Positions 1 through 12,242 of a DNA stretch of 64,000 nucleotides are shown piece by piece. The translations under genes and the position numbers were made by a program. Numbering within the stretch: position 1 is the first letter of the stretch; every line of letters starts with the position of its first letter. This DNA is from Paraphysomonas bandaiensis (Eukaryota > Protista > Chrysophyceae): positions 1-64,000 of the forward strand of contig CBFFRP010000236.1 in assembly GCA_965644295.1 (NCBI GenBank), given 5' to 3'. The notes under the pieces are model-generated. The model saw only the letters and a list, made by a program, of their open reading frames with translations. It searched no databases and was not told the DNA's origin.

Positions 1-865
1 TCCCTTATACAGTTGTGATGAGTTATTATGATCAACTGTGTTAGACTGATGTGTTTGGTATTGAATATGAATGATGTTCATTCCATTGATCACGGAATCG
101 TAGGTAGACATATTTATATTATTGATAATAAGATGCAATTTCCTTACTCTTGAAATTGCTGGTAGATAGCATTGTAGTTGTAGACATATATTTGTTCATT
201 GTGATTTGATTATATTGTTATTATTATGGAGGAGGAGACTCTTGATAGCGCACAAGAGTCTACTAAATTCGAGTCAGTGAGAAGGACCCTCAGGCTTATG
301 CTTGGAGGGTTAGACCCTTCCATTGCCAATGCCAGTGAGGATCAAATCCGGGATATAGGCTTGGCATTTGGGTTGTCTGAGATCGAATCAGAGACGTTGG
401 TGTCTCAATGGTTCGTATGCAAGGTTGACACGAAGTATTGAGAACTTTCATTATATTGTGCATGACTAACTTTTTAATTGCAATAATTAATTTAACATCA
501 ATTAATTGCAATTGCTACGCAATCTGTTGACAGAATTATTAGCGATTAACCCTTTATACGGTGCAAAGCTAAGTTTGATAATATCGTAAGCATTAGTATT
601 AGTTAAACGTGAGCACATATTCTGAAAGCACAAAAACCTATCTACATTGTTCGGTAAAAGTGCTTATTTCTCTCTACCATATACTTCCATACTACGTGAT
701 AGAGAACAAGAAATACTACTCATCATCAACTTCATCAGACCACGAGGCTAATATTTTAGAACGATAACTATTTTATGCTAACAATATACAATAAACGACA
801 TGCTAACAGTCATTAAACTAACTGATGATCACTGAACTGAGTCTAGGCATGCAACCTGTCAACGA

Positions 866-3234
866 TTACGATACAATGCATGCATCATCTGGGTCGTGGT
901 GGGCAGTTTCAGCAGCACTCATGTTGCTTTCTCCTACAGCAAAATTTAGAGCATACACACCAACAAAATCTGCATTGTGACTTATAATAAGAGAGTTGAA
1001 TGTGATCAATAGCTCTAGGTGAAGCAGTGTTACGGATAAAATCACTATTAAGTACCTGGTGGGTCTAAAATCTCATCCTGCTTCTGTCTCGCTTCAAAAC
1101 ATACATCACAGGCCTATATACACAATACTCAGAATACACATACACAACACGTTCTGCTTATATAACATATATAATTTACATTCAACAACAGCTAATCACA
1201 TGCAAAATTAAGAAATCTTACCCTGACAATGTCTCCTGACGAAATTGCGATCCTGTGATCCGAGCATACAGCACACACTACATTACCACATAATCTACAA
1301 TGGTGCTTCCGATGGGTCATTGTGAATTCCGTGTGACACCTGACGATACTCACACTTAGCGATAGCCATATTAAAAGCAGTACATTATATAGCACTGACT
1401 GTGACAAAATAACAGTCGATACAACACATGTGGATTCTACAATAATCCGAATACAGTTTGAAAGACTATACCGCGAACAGCTGTGTATCAGCTGAGAGTC
1501 TTGCCATTGTTCAGACTTCTCTGTCATTCCTTTGTGTAGCCGCTCCGCCTCTTTTCGAATTCTTTCATCTTCTTCAGCTTTTAGTCTACATGTTGTACAC
1601 GTGAGTCAGCACTCTTCAGTGTCCCGTCTAATATATATGCTACCGCAAATTTACTATCCCACGTTACAGATCATATACTCTATGCAACTAAATATACAAC
1701 TGTCTGACAAGCGTTTCCTTTTCATCACTCGTAATACTCTCTATATATATGATGCATAGCACAGACACCTGCGAATTTCATCTTGTTTGGCCTTCTCTCT
1801 GGCCTCATCTCTCAATTTAAGCTCTTCATACACCCACCACTGGTGAATATCCACACGAGCGATACGTACTGTTAGGATAGAAGTCGTGTGTGGACTATGA
1901 ATAGCTCCCCTAAACCCTTTACCTAGCAGGCGCTCTCTGAAAAAAACAATTAGGGAGTTGAATGTCCATTACAGTGAATGACAGAGTACAAAATAACACG
2001 GTACTTTATCATAAACCATACAGAACATATATAGTATATTCTCAACCGTACAAGCACCCACACTTTCTGATAATTCTAGCACGGCATACCTGTGGTGCAA
2101 CGGTATATTCAGTACAGGTGCCTCTGAATCATCAGTTTGAACTTTCAGCGACGCCAATGGTATCGCAACCTTGGCTAAAACATTTTCATCTAGTAAATTT
2201 TTATCCATCACTGTGAAGTATATATATCCTCCCATTCTGCTAAACTCTCTGGTCAGAGGGAAAATAAATGTGTCGTTTTCATCAAAAGTTGGATTGTGGT
2301 TGCGCTTGACGATTGCGGTATGTCGAATCTTATGGTCGACTTCAACACTGACATAAGCATTCACAGGACGTTCGACAAGTCTATTCAAGCGACTTTTCAA
2401 ATTCGTGCAGCTCAGTACAGTAACACTGACCACAGCGGGCATGTTAGGGGGTTTGGGACAAAGGTATGGGGGCTCCAAAACTTCACCACCGATATCGGTT
2501 GGAACTAGTGTCGGCCGTTTCTGCGCTGTATTCGGTGATTGTGTGTCATTGTTCTGAGAAGGAAGCTTACGTCCAACATACTTTCCAAAGTACCAGTTCT
2601 TTTCCTGCTTCTCTTTCTGTCGCTCTGATGAAGCGCTGTCCGAAACTGGCATTGTAGTCGTTGTTGGGGTAACATTACCGCTTCCATTATTTATACTTTC
2701 CGACGTATCTTCATCAACATCCGTATCGTCATCAGAATCCTTCTCATACGCCGAAACTTTCCTATCAGTTGAAGTTGGATCAGTTGCTTCAGATGTTACT
2801 GGCGGAGGCAAAGCTCGAGCGACAGTATCATCTTTCATAAAATCAGATTCTGAAACATTTTTTGCAATCACAATATGAGTTAATATCCCACATTGCCATT
2901 CTAATGCAAATCCAATTGATACAGATATAAATCCTACTTTACCAGTTAACATGAACCGCACTTGACACTCATTTCTCATTTGTTTCATATTACTGATTGG
3001 TTTTTTTAATAATCCATTTGATGACATTTTTTGTTGTGCTTCATTTAATTTCTCTAAACAATTATGCATCCCACTAACTCCTCGTCCACTATTTAATTGA
3101 TCTTGTAATCTACAGTCAGGTGAGAGAAGATCCTCAATAGCAGTCAAATCATTGGATATGAACTGTTCCCAGAAGGTATGTGTCGCATCTGTTATAGAGA
3201 CTGTATTAGGAGAAGTGGAATGGAATTCTGTCAT
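866..3234 (-). CDS. Multi-exon protein: SnoaL/NTF2-like N-terminus, C2 domain, coiled coil, FYVE finger, C-terminal CaaX (CIVS)
   Basis: ORF 1969-3234 contains a C2 domain (VSVTVLSCTNL...NAYVSV...TAIVKRNHNPTFDE..FIF...FTVMDK). Downstream GT-AG exons give FYVE WQD..C..C...F....RKHHCRLCGNVVCAVCS...RACDVC. The last exon ends DDACIVS* (stop 866-868). Confidence 0.85.
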
Positions 3235-3853
3235 TGTTTAATGAGGTTATATATCTGGATATGGGGGGGTTAAGAGACTGATATGACCGCTGAGTATGTA
3301 TGTATATATATGCGTGTAGATATCACTGCTGGCTGTACTGCTATGCTTTGTACCTGGTCATATACCGCCCTATATATAGCAGTACCAGAAGTACGATATA
3401 TAGTATGATAAAACTGACGTATGAGTACGATGGTACGATAGAAGTTAAGTACACAAGTACGTACCGAAGTTTGTTGTCCATAGTAATTTTAGTAGGAATT
3501 CATGCATATCAAAATAGGGAATATATTGCCAAAATTCACTTAAAAAGCAGAAATTTTAAGACAAAATTACAAATTTACAATCAGAATTCACTGAATTCTC
3601 AAAATAAATTTCCGCAACCCATTCACGCACTAGTACAAGTAGAAGATGTACGTATGTGTATGTATGTATGTATGTATGTACGTCTATATAGTAAGTACAT
3701 CACATGCCTCATCTCTCATATATATACAGTATGAACTCTCCTCTCTATCATATACATCTAACTCATGCCTAAATATTCATCAATCATATCCCTGACATCC
3801 TATTCATTCCTCTGAATATCCTCTGCTCTCTTTCATCTGATTTAACCGCCTCT

Positions 3854-5816
3854 ATGAACAGATATCCGCCCTCCTTCTCATGCTCTATTACAGGGATGGT
3901 AATGACCGATCCTGTTGTATTAGGGACCACAGGAGTATCATATGAACGATCAGCGATTGAGTATTGGTTGTCTCTTCATCAAACAAACCCCTGTACAGGG
4001 GCTCTATTGAATGATAACGAGCGTGTGTTGATTCCTAATAGAGCTCTGAAGGATACGATCGCATGTTACTGTTCGGATATACAGAGAGATATTCCGACGA
4101 TAGAGGTGAGTGATATAATTTTGTTGATGTGTAGTGATCGTGTATTAGACTCTTATATCTGCTAGCTGTAAGTTAGAAGAAAAGAATGATGAATTGACAT
4201 CGCAACTCTTTGAACTATGCCGCTGTGGCAGACTGGAGGCATGGGACGAATTGAATGAGTTGTCGTTAGGAGGAAACTTCACAGCTAAGGCCTTTGTAAG
4301 CGTAATGTTACATACTAGCGATACAACTGTGGTTCCTCGGGACTCAGCAACCGCCGCCGGTCTTGCGTCTGAGGTGTGCTTGTGGGTAGAGCAAGCTCGA
4401 TACAGGCTTAATAATTTCCACTTACGCGCTGCGTATGGACTTTTTTATCTGCACGGCGTGGGCATTATGGCCAACGAGGAAGAGGCAGTGATGCACTTTA
4501 GGATAGCTGCCGAGGAGGGAAGTTCTGTTGCAAGGTGTGCGTTGGGCTGGTGTTGTCTAACTGGGAAGGGCACTGCTAGAGACCCTTCTGAAGCAGCTCG
4601 GCATTTCTCTTTGGCAATTAACTGTAGCCCAGGTGCACAGCATGGACTTGGGCTGTGTTACCTTGAAGGTTTAGGTGTGGATAAAGATTGCCGGGAGGCG
4701 ACGAGGCTGCTACGACTTGCAGTAGATCAAGGATATGCTCCTGCCCAGTGTGCCCTAGGTGGATGCTATGAGGGAGGGAGAGGGGTGGAGACCAATACTG
4801 TGCAGGCTGTAGAGCTGTACAGGAAAGCTGCGGGACAAGGAGAACCAGTAGCACTCTCTCATTTACATAGGATGGGGGTAAGTGACGGCAAGGTTTCTGA
4901 GGAGGAGGTAGCAAAGCTCTACTGGGCATGTCGGTGCGGAAAATTAGAATCATGGAACCGACTCGAGCAGCATGCATTTTCTGGACACCCCACTGCCCAA
5001 GGCTATGCCAGCATAGTGCTTTGCTTAAGTGACATTGCATCCATTCCTAAAAACCTTCGTAAATCGAATTTTTTGGCCTCCAAGGTTGTAAGATGGGCGC
5101 AAGGCACAGCAGATAGAGACCACAGCAGTCATATTCTTTTCTGTTTGGGCTACTTTAGTTTCGAAGGAATAGGAAATCCTCGTGATGATAAAGAGGCTGT
5201 GCGTTATTTTAAGATGGCATCAGATCGAGGTAATGCTGCCGCTCAGTGCTCGTTGGGGTTCTGTTATATTATGGGTCGGGGGGTGGAGCAGGATGACAAT
5301 GAAGCGGTGAAGTTCAATATGCTAGCAGCAGAGCAAGGGTTCCCGGCTGCGCAGCACAACCTTGGGTGGTGCTATGATGCTGGGCGCGGAAAGCCACAAG
5401 ATCACTGCCAAGCTGCGAATTATTACCGAATGGCGGCTCTGCAGGGGTATGCGCGGTCCGTATGCAGTCTGGGTGTCTTCTACGAGTATGGCACAGGAGT
5501 GAGTCGGGATATGCAGCTAGCAGTTGAATATTATAAAGAGGCGGTAGAGCAGGGATATGCTGGTGGCCAAACCCATTTAGGATTGTGCTATGAAAACGCG
5601 AAGGGTGTGCCTCAGAATCAGGCTGAAGCTATTCGTCTCTACAGGTTGGCCTCAGAGCAGGGTGAGGAAGCGGCTTCATTCAACCTGGGATTATGTTATG
5701 AGCACGGCAAGGGCGTCGATAGAAGTATCTCCCTGGCCATACGATACTACCGACTCTCCGCTGATAAGGGGCTTGCCAAGGCGAGACAAAAGTTGATGTC
5801 TTTGGGGGAATCATGA
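3854..5816 (+). CDS. U-box E3 ligase with Sel1-like repeats (2 exons, intron 4106-4165)
   Basis: U-box motif PPSFSCSITGMVMTDPVVL..GVSYERSAIEYWL..HQTNPCTG..L....LIPNRALKDTI, then many Sel1 repeats (AQxxLGxCYxxGxGVxxDxxxAVxYYxxAAxQG). Confidence 0.92.
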
Positions 5817-6985
5817 CTCATGTGTCGATAAAAGTTGCAGTAGTTGCCGAGAAGCTTGAATAGAGTATTGTGTACACATGATCCACCGACACTTTTAGCA
5901 TCTACTTTGTACATGCATACATTCGATGTAGCCTATATTATATTTGGTATAATTATAGTGGCACCTTGTGCTAGAGTATATAGATTAGTTCCATATTATG
6001 AGCTATTTTCGCAATATTGATGAGTTGAAAGAGATACCATCCTCAGGAATTGTGATTTTGATTAAATCCGTGCCTCAGTATGATTAATTTTCTATTGTTT
6101 CTGAAGTCTTATATCTTACAACAGAGCACCTTGCAGAAAGTACTTTATGCAGAGGGTAGGTGTATTGTGTATTACGATATTGTTGTTTGATTTTTGAGGT
6201 TCAATCAATAGTATTGACTCAACAACGCTGATATACGATATACTCCTACTCTGCTAACTACTCTATGTACTATGACATGAAAAAATAGTGCTTTATTGAT
6301 AATATGAAGAATAACTAGTTATTCACATTGTAACTAATTTTGATATGAATGTAAGTGATGTGTCAAGGCCATTACTCCTAGAGTCAACCTATTATTCCAT
6401 GCAGTGTCCTAAATATTCTGGATACGCTTCGGTTGCACCATTCTACGTCAACATATTCTACTCTGCTAGCTGCTTCAACGAATCAAGCAACTACTGTTGC
6501 CAGAAGTTGCTAAAAGTTGAGTTTTAAAAGACGGAGTACTGACTTATTAGTTATCTTAGAGGAAGGAATAATATTATGATGTCATGACAATGTGATTGTT
6601 GCTACAATCATTATCAGAATATTCTCTAGATATCGTAATTTTATACTATATTATATATTATTAGTTTGTTGTTGTATTTATATTTTTATTCTTTTAGTAT
6701 ATTTAATACTTATTCTCCTTCTGTTGTAGATGTCCATCACATTATAGATGGACAAGATAAATATACAGGTGTAGAATTATGTACTCTCTACCTTTTCAAT
6801 ACTTTTTGTGAACTGTTGAATAATTAAATAATCACAGAATCGCAATACTACTGTCAATAACACGTTAGAATAAGTGCATATAAACAGTTGGGTGCTCTGG
6901 ATAGCAGGTGTATGACAAATATTATGTTGTACCCCATCTCTTGTTTACTTGTCTACTACTCTTCCTCTCACCGAAGATGATAATT

Positions 6986-7412
6986 TGTCCCTCAACGAAG
7001 TCGGACTCGCAACTTTTCGTGGTGTTCTGGGGGACAAGTACCGGAGAGATCCTCTCTGGGAAACTAACATGAGCCGTAAACATAGTCAGCAAATATTCTT
7101 CTGCCCACTCATAGCCGAATACTTGTGTGGTCCAAGGGATACCAACAATAAGTGTCACTTGTGTAGACGTCATTGGGCCCTGCTGAAGAATAAACAGACA
7201 TCAGGGAATGGACCCACCTCAAGGGCATCCGGGACACAGGGCCCACCTGAAGGGTTACCGGGGTATTGGGCTACCTGCTGAAGTAAAGCATCCGGGATGT
7301 TCACCTTAAGAACTCAGAGTGGAAGTGGTCGCACCTTGGTGCTTGCGGTGACGCACAAGCAGCTTCCGTAGCGTTAAATAGTAGGATAAAAAAAGTGTGT
7401 ACTGATTAGTTA
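6986..7412 (+). repeat. Copy of dispersed LTR-like repeat family (homologous to 49936-50497, reverse strand)
   Basis: Long colinear similarity to the reverse complement of 49936-50497, e.g. TTCTGCCCACTCATAGCCGAAT, CCCACCTCAAGGGCATCCGGGACA, GCTTGCGGTGACGCACAAGCAGC, GTTAAATAGTAGGATA. Confidence 0.85.
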
Positions 7413-7477
7413 GAGAATGAGCGACTTCCAACATACTCTCAATAAGGGATAAACGTATAAAGCCAGAGTATCTAGAA

Positions 7478-7640
7478 CAAGGCTGCGTAACAATTAATTG
7501 CAATTTAATTGCAAATGTTTTTTTTCAATTAAATTGCAATTATTAGTTATAGCTCGCGCAATTATAATTGTAATTATTGCAATTAATTGCAATTTAATTG
7601 TGCCAATTATTGTCTATAATTAACTTAGTTACGCATTGCA
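7478..7640. mobile_element. hAT-derived MITE copy
   Basis: Starts CAAGGCTGCGTAACAATTAATTG and ends ...GTTACGCA, with a CAATT/AATTG-rich interior. The same terminus occurs at 32196, at 51459 and (inverted) near 500-526. Confidence 0.7.
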
Positions 7641-8675
7641 AACTCGTATAGCATCTTCAACCGTATGATGATATAATTGACAAAGTATGACATTTACGAT
7701 GGTCAAATCTCTACATATCCATGCTTTCGTATGCAAAAACAGTAAAAAGCCCTGATAATCCATGTGTCCATACCGCTGCACATCCAGTTCGTAGTGAACT
7801 TCAACCCTACAGTGTCCTGTAAAGCATCCACGATCGGAAGGACATGATTGCCACACTACATATAGATATATATCTTCAACTAGAGGGGTATTGAGCATTA
7901 AATATACACTATGGATCGAGCTGAACTAAGTTTTGTAGCTCAAAATCAAGAGGAAAGAAACATAATCGACCGCTCAAAAAAACAGTACCTTTCTTAATGT
8001 AAAGAAAACGTTATAATGAGAGGCCAACCTTCCCACTATTGTAATAGCCATATTGTAATAGCCATTAGGGGCAATAAATGGCCATCGTGTAATGTGCCCT
8101 GATCTAGAATGTGTAATGCAGCTATTTGTAGTTTGCTGTAGGAAGAAATAAGTGTTCCCTGATAAACATAGCAGGGCTAGGAAACAATATATTGAATTGC
8201 AATACATTGTACAATATATTGCAATATATTGTAAAATATATTGATGTTTAACATAGATAAAAGAAATAAAAGAAATAAAAAATCGAATTATTGTACCATA
8301 GGTTAACTCAAAAAAGTAAATTCACAAAATTTCTATATTAGCGACATCCAATGTACCCCTACAATAGAAAGGTACTTAGGGCATCAATGTCCAGGCACGT
8401 ATATTTTCGATACAGTGGTTGACGAAAACGAAGTGTGCATTCTACAGCTAGGGAATGTAGCCTTTTGCAACTACCAGTATGGAAGAAAACGAATAGCAAA
8501 TGTACTGATTCTTATGTATAGTGCATAGTATAAATACCTAAAACCAGTCCACTTCACAAAAAACGCACCAGCATAAAACAGTATATCCAAAATAATATAT
8601 GGAATGGAAAGTGTAAAAAAACGATGAAAGCAAAATTTTATACAGTCCACACACAACCTGTCTGCAGGTGTATGA

Positions 8676-11600
8676 CTAACACTGGGAGACTAACTGGTTT
8701 AGAAGCTGTTGTTCTGCTACATCAAGAGAGTTTAGGCATTCCATAAGCATTCCTAGAGAAAAGTTAGCACATAGTACTGCGCAACTGTATCCACTTACCC
8801 TTCGGCTGCTGCTCTGCAAGAGACACAATAAGGCCAATCCTTGTCTTAACACTAACACCACACACTGGGTCTCTTTTCCATGGGAAGAAAACCATGTCAT
8901 TCGGGATATAAACGTGGCTCCCTTTCGCGCCAAGATTAGAATCCATGATATCAGATAGGTACATTTCGGCAGGAGCAAAAGGGGAGTTCTCATCGCATCC
9001 AGATATGTCAAAAGGATCGTAATCGCCGTCCAAGTCGTCATCACTACATCCAGAGTCATAGTCACTTCCCTCACAGCTAAAGTCCTCAGCACTATCGTCA
9101 TCACACAACTAAACAACATGATCAGCACCCATTTTATTCATTGCAACTAAATTAAAGTATTCACAGTCATGAAACCGTTCGCATGAATATAACTGCTGGA
9201 TGTACAATAGATACCTGTGCTGACGCCGAAGGGTCATTCAATAGTAAAGTCTGGAGGGTAGAGAGGAGCACCTTCAAAGTTCTTATGAGAAAGCCGGACG
9301 AACTTCCCTGCTGGCTGTACAGACGAGTGGCTTCAACTAAACCTGCAGTGCTCACGGCTAAACTATATGGGGACTCTAACTTCGGGTGTAGGCAATACCA
9401 TGCTTCAAAGAAATATTGCAGAGCTGTTTGTTGCGGCGACACTCTAACAGAATTCAATGCTCGCCCTACTAACACAGGGTTTCGACAGAATATATGCACA
9501 AGACCCATTATCACTATATTTCTGTGGTTATTACCACGACCAGTATTTAGGACAATATCTAAGGCACACTGAAGTAGTTTATGCAGAGTTTCTTCGCTGG
9601 TAAAATCTTTCAGTCGCGTGGCAATCTGGCACATCGTTCCCATTGCAGCAGAGTACATGTACTCATTGAACGACGCAAATATCTGTTGTACGCATTGAAG
9701 AGACACAGCGGACAACGACCTCTTCAGTTCCTCAGGGGCATTATTGAGGTTCAAAGTAGTAGTGCTCAAGAGACACAAAAGTGAAAACAGCGTGTCACCT
9801 ATATCTACGCATCCATCGCTTCGTACATACGTAGACATCACACCAACGATTGCCCGTAATGAGGGTACGACAAGTACATCGTTGGAGGAGTTCTCATCAT
9901 CATTTCTCCTTGCTGCGGCATCTACTAGAAGTTTGATAGCCATATCGCAAATAGACTTACTTCCCGACTCGCCGCTAGTTACCGAGTCAATGAGGTGTTC
10001 TAAAGGCGCCATGTAGTGTTCACAAAACACCGATAATTCTTCCTTACGACTCAAGCAATACTGCACAAGGTAAAGCATCATTTCTCGCGCAACTTCGAGT
10101 GCAAATGGGTCGTAGCAATAGTTCGACCAAACTGCAAGACCAACTTGCACTAAACTCGACACAGACTCATTGGACATGTATCGCGGCGCAGAAGACGAAT
10201 CATGCCTTTCGTCAGTTGCAGTATTCGCAACTCGAAGGAATACTGATACTGACTCTAAAGGAATATGAATTGTGGCATCGGTACAGTCGGTACACATACT
10301 TATACAACCTTGAATACACCGATCCAGTCCCTGCAAACCGTTCATAACTTGAACGGAACCAAAATGTTTTGCTGCTGCATTTAAGAGTTCTCCCAGAGCT
10401 CGACAATGCTCCAGACGGGCTGCGTGAGACTCCTGCTTGTAATTAGGGCTGACCAACTCCACTGTCGTCAGAATGAGGTGTGAAAGATCCACGTGAGGAG
10501 CCAGAAGGCACGCATAGGCAGTTACTGTTCGTGACACAGCACACCGAACGACACTAAACAGAGCATTTTGCTCTTCCGTACGGCCTGTAATCGGAGGTAC
10601 CACATTGAAGGTATCCGTGAGAACACGTAGCACTTCAACCACCCGACTGATATCATAATCTGTAATTTTCGACTTACTGACAGAAGAACGGGCCGAATCC
10701 ACAGCCCTCTGACTTCTGACGTGACGCTTTAAAAACGGGCGACTAATCGATATGAAGGCAAGGAGAACTGCCTCAAACCAGGTGGCCATTTCAAAGGACA
10801 CTTCCATCTTCTGGAAGCCCTGCAGCCCGACCTTTAGCTCTCGCTCTACCGTGTTCAAAAGAGAATCAAACACCGTCCTTGGAGACGATCCGTATACCTC
10901 AATTAAGAACAATCTGCCAGCGTGTCGCATGCTAAGCTCATAAGAGTCGTCTTGTTCGGAAGCTATGAACTCGTTGCCACTCGAGACAATCTGATTCAGT
11001 TGCTCAGGTGTAAGTCGAAAGTACTGCATTAGTACAAGTATAAGCTGAGACATGTCATCAGTGTTAAGCTTTCCAATCTTGCTTTGCTGGGTCGGAACAT
11101 TAAAGCAAGCCTTCAGCATTTCGAAGAGATGAATGACCAGAACATCAACTCCTAAACGGTCTCCGTCGTGTGCAATCTGGGACCAGTCAACACCACTGAG
11201 AGCCTCCGCTTCTTCATCTCCACGTAATCGTACTAAAACATGTAGAAACCTCCATGCAGAATGCATAGCTGATTGTACTGCTGAAGAATTCGCTCCACAC
11301 ATCAGCGGAAAAGTCTCCACAACCACACCGATAAATCGTGCGATTTCCACTAGTACCCCCAGACTAGTCATGATATCTTCTACTTCTACACAGGCAATAC
11401 TCCACAAACACACTGTGCTGAGCCATGACTCAAACACCCCCGTCACAGCATTGTCCACATCTGCAGTGAAGTCGTCTGCTAACTTGCAGTCTCTTACCTT
11501 GGTGGCCACCACACGGTACACCTTCCCAATACACCGGAGGAGCTCTACTTCCGAGCGATCTGCACTTTCAGCAATATACCGAAGTCGAGAATGCAGGCTA

Positions 11601-12242
11601 GTAAGAACATTTATCTGATCCATGAAAGAAGTATCCTCCACAATCTCGCATACACAGCGGCAGGCAAGGTGTATAGCATTTGTGTCTTCTGAACTCAGTG
11701 CAGAATACAATTTCGACATAATGCTCTCTTTTTCTTCACTACTACCATTGGAAAACAAGTATGCTAGTAGTAGGGTCTGTGAAACATTCATTTACATTAA
11801 AGGATATAACTAGAGCTTGACAGTACATAATACTCACCCCACACCCCAACAACAGCTGCTCCCCCCCTCCGAGGACACTGAACGCAAGCTCACGAAGATA
11901 GGCTCTATTTTGCACAGAAAATGATTGAAGTCTCCGTTGTACTTGCTGATTAATTAAAACTAAACTAAACTACAAGAAAAAGTATTAATATAATATATAT
12001 TATACTGTGTTACCATACCTGCCGCAGATGAAGAGGATACTGTGCATTCGACGACAGCTCACAGAGAGAGATCACGAACTCTGATATGTATATGCGAGAT
12101 ATGTGAGATGATTTGAGATGATGTGGTTTAAAAGATTCATACCATTATTACAAAGTGATTGTTGGATGTATTCTTCAGCTGTATGTCGTGTTTCTATACA
12201 AGGATTCAGAGATCTCTGTAGCACCTCAATTAGGGCTTCCAT
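8676..12242 (-). CDS. Importin-beta family karyopherin, importin-9-like (multi-exon)
   Basis: First exon MEALIEVLQRSLNPCIETRHTAEEYIQQ resembles the IBN_N helix. The 874-aa helical ORF has NEFIASEQDDSYELSMRHAGRLFL, WFEAVLLA and LESPYSLAVSTAGL, followed by an acidic DDD...YDPF loop as in IPO9. Confidence 0.75.

Noticed and set aside
226-441. 71-aa ORF next to a MITE end
   Set aside because: No recognisable motif or supporting exon structure; left uncalled.
8174-8245. CAATATATTG-rich palindromic patches (also near 23130, 49900, 50870)
   Set aside because: Probably remnants of another MITE family, but I could not define paired ends or TSDs.
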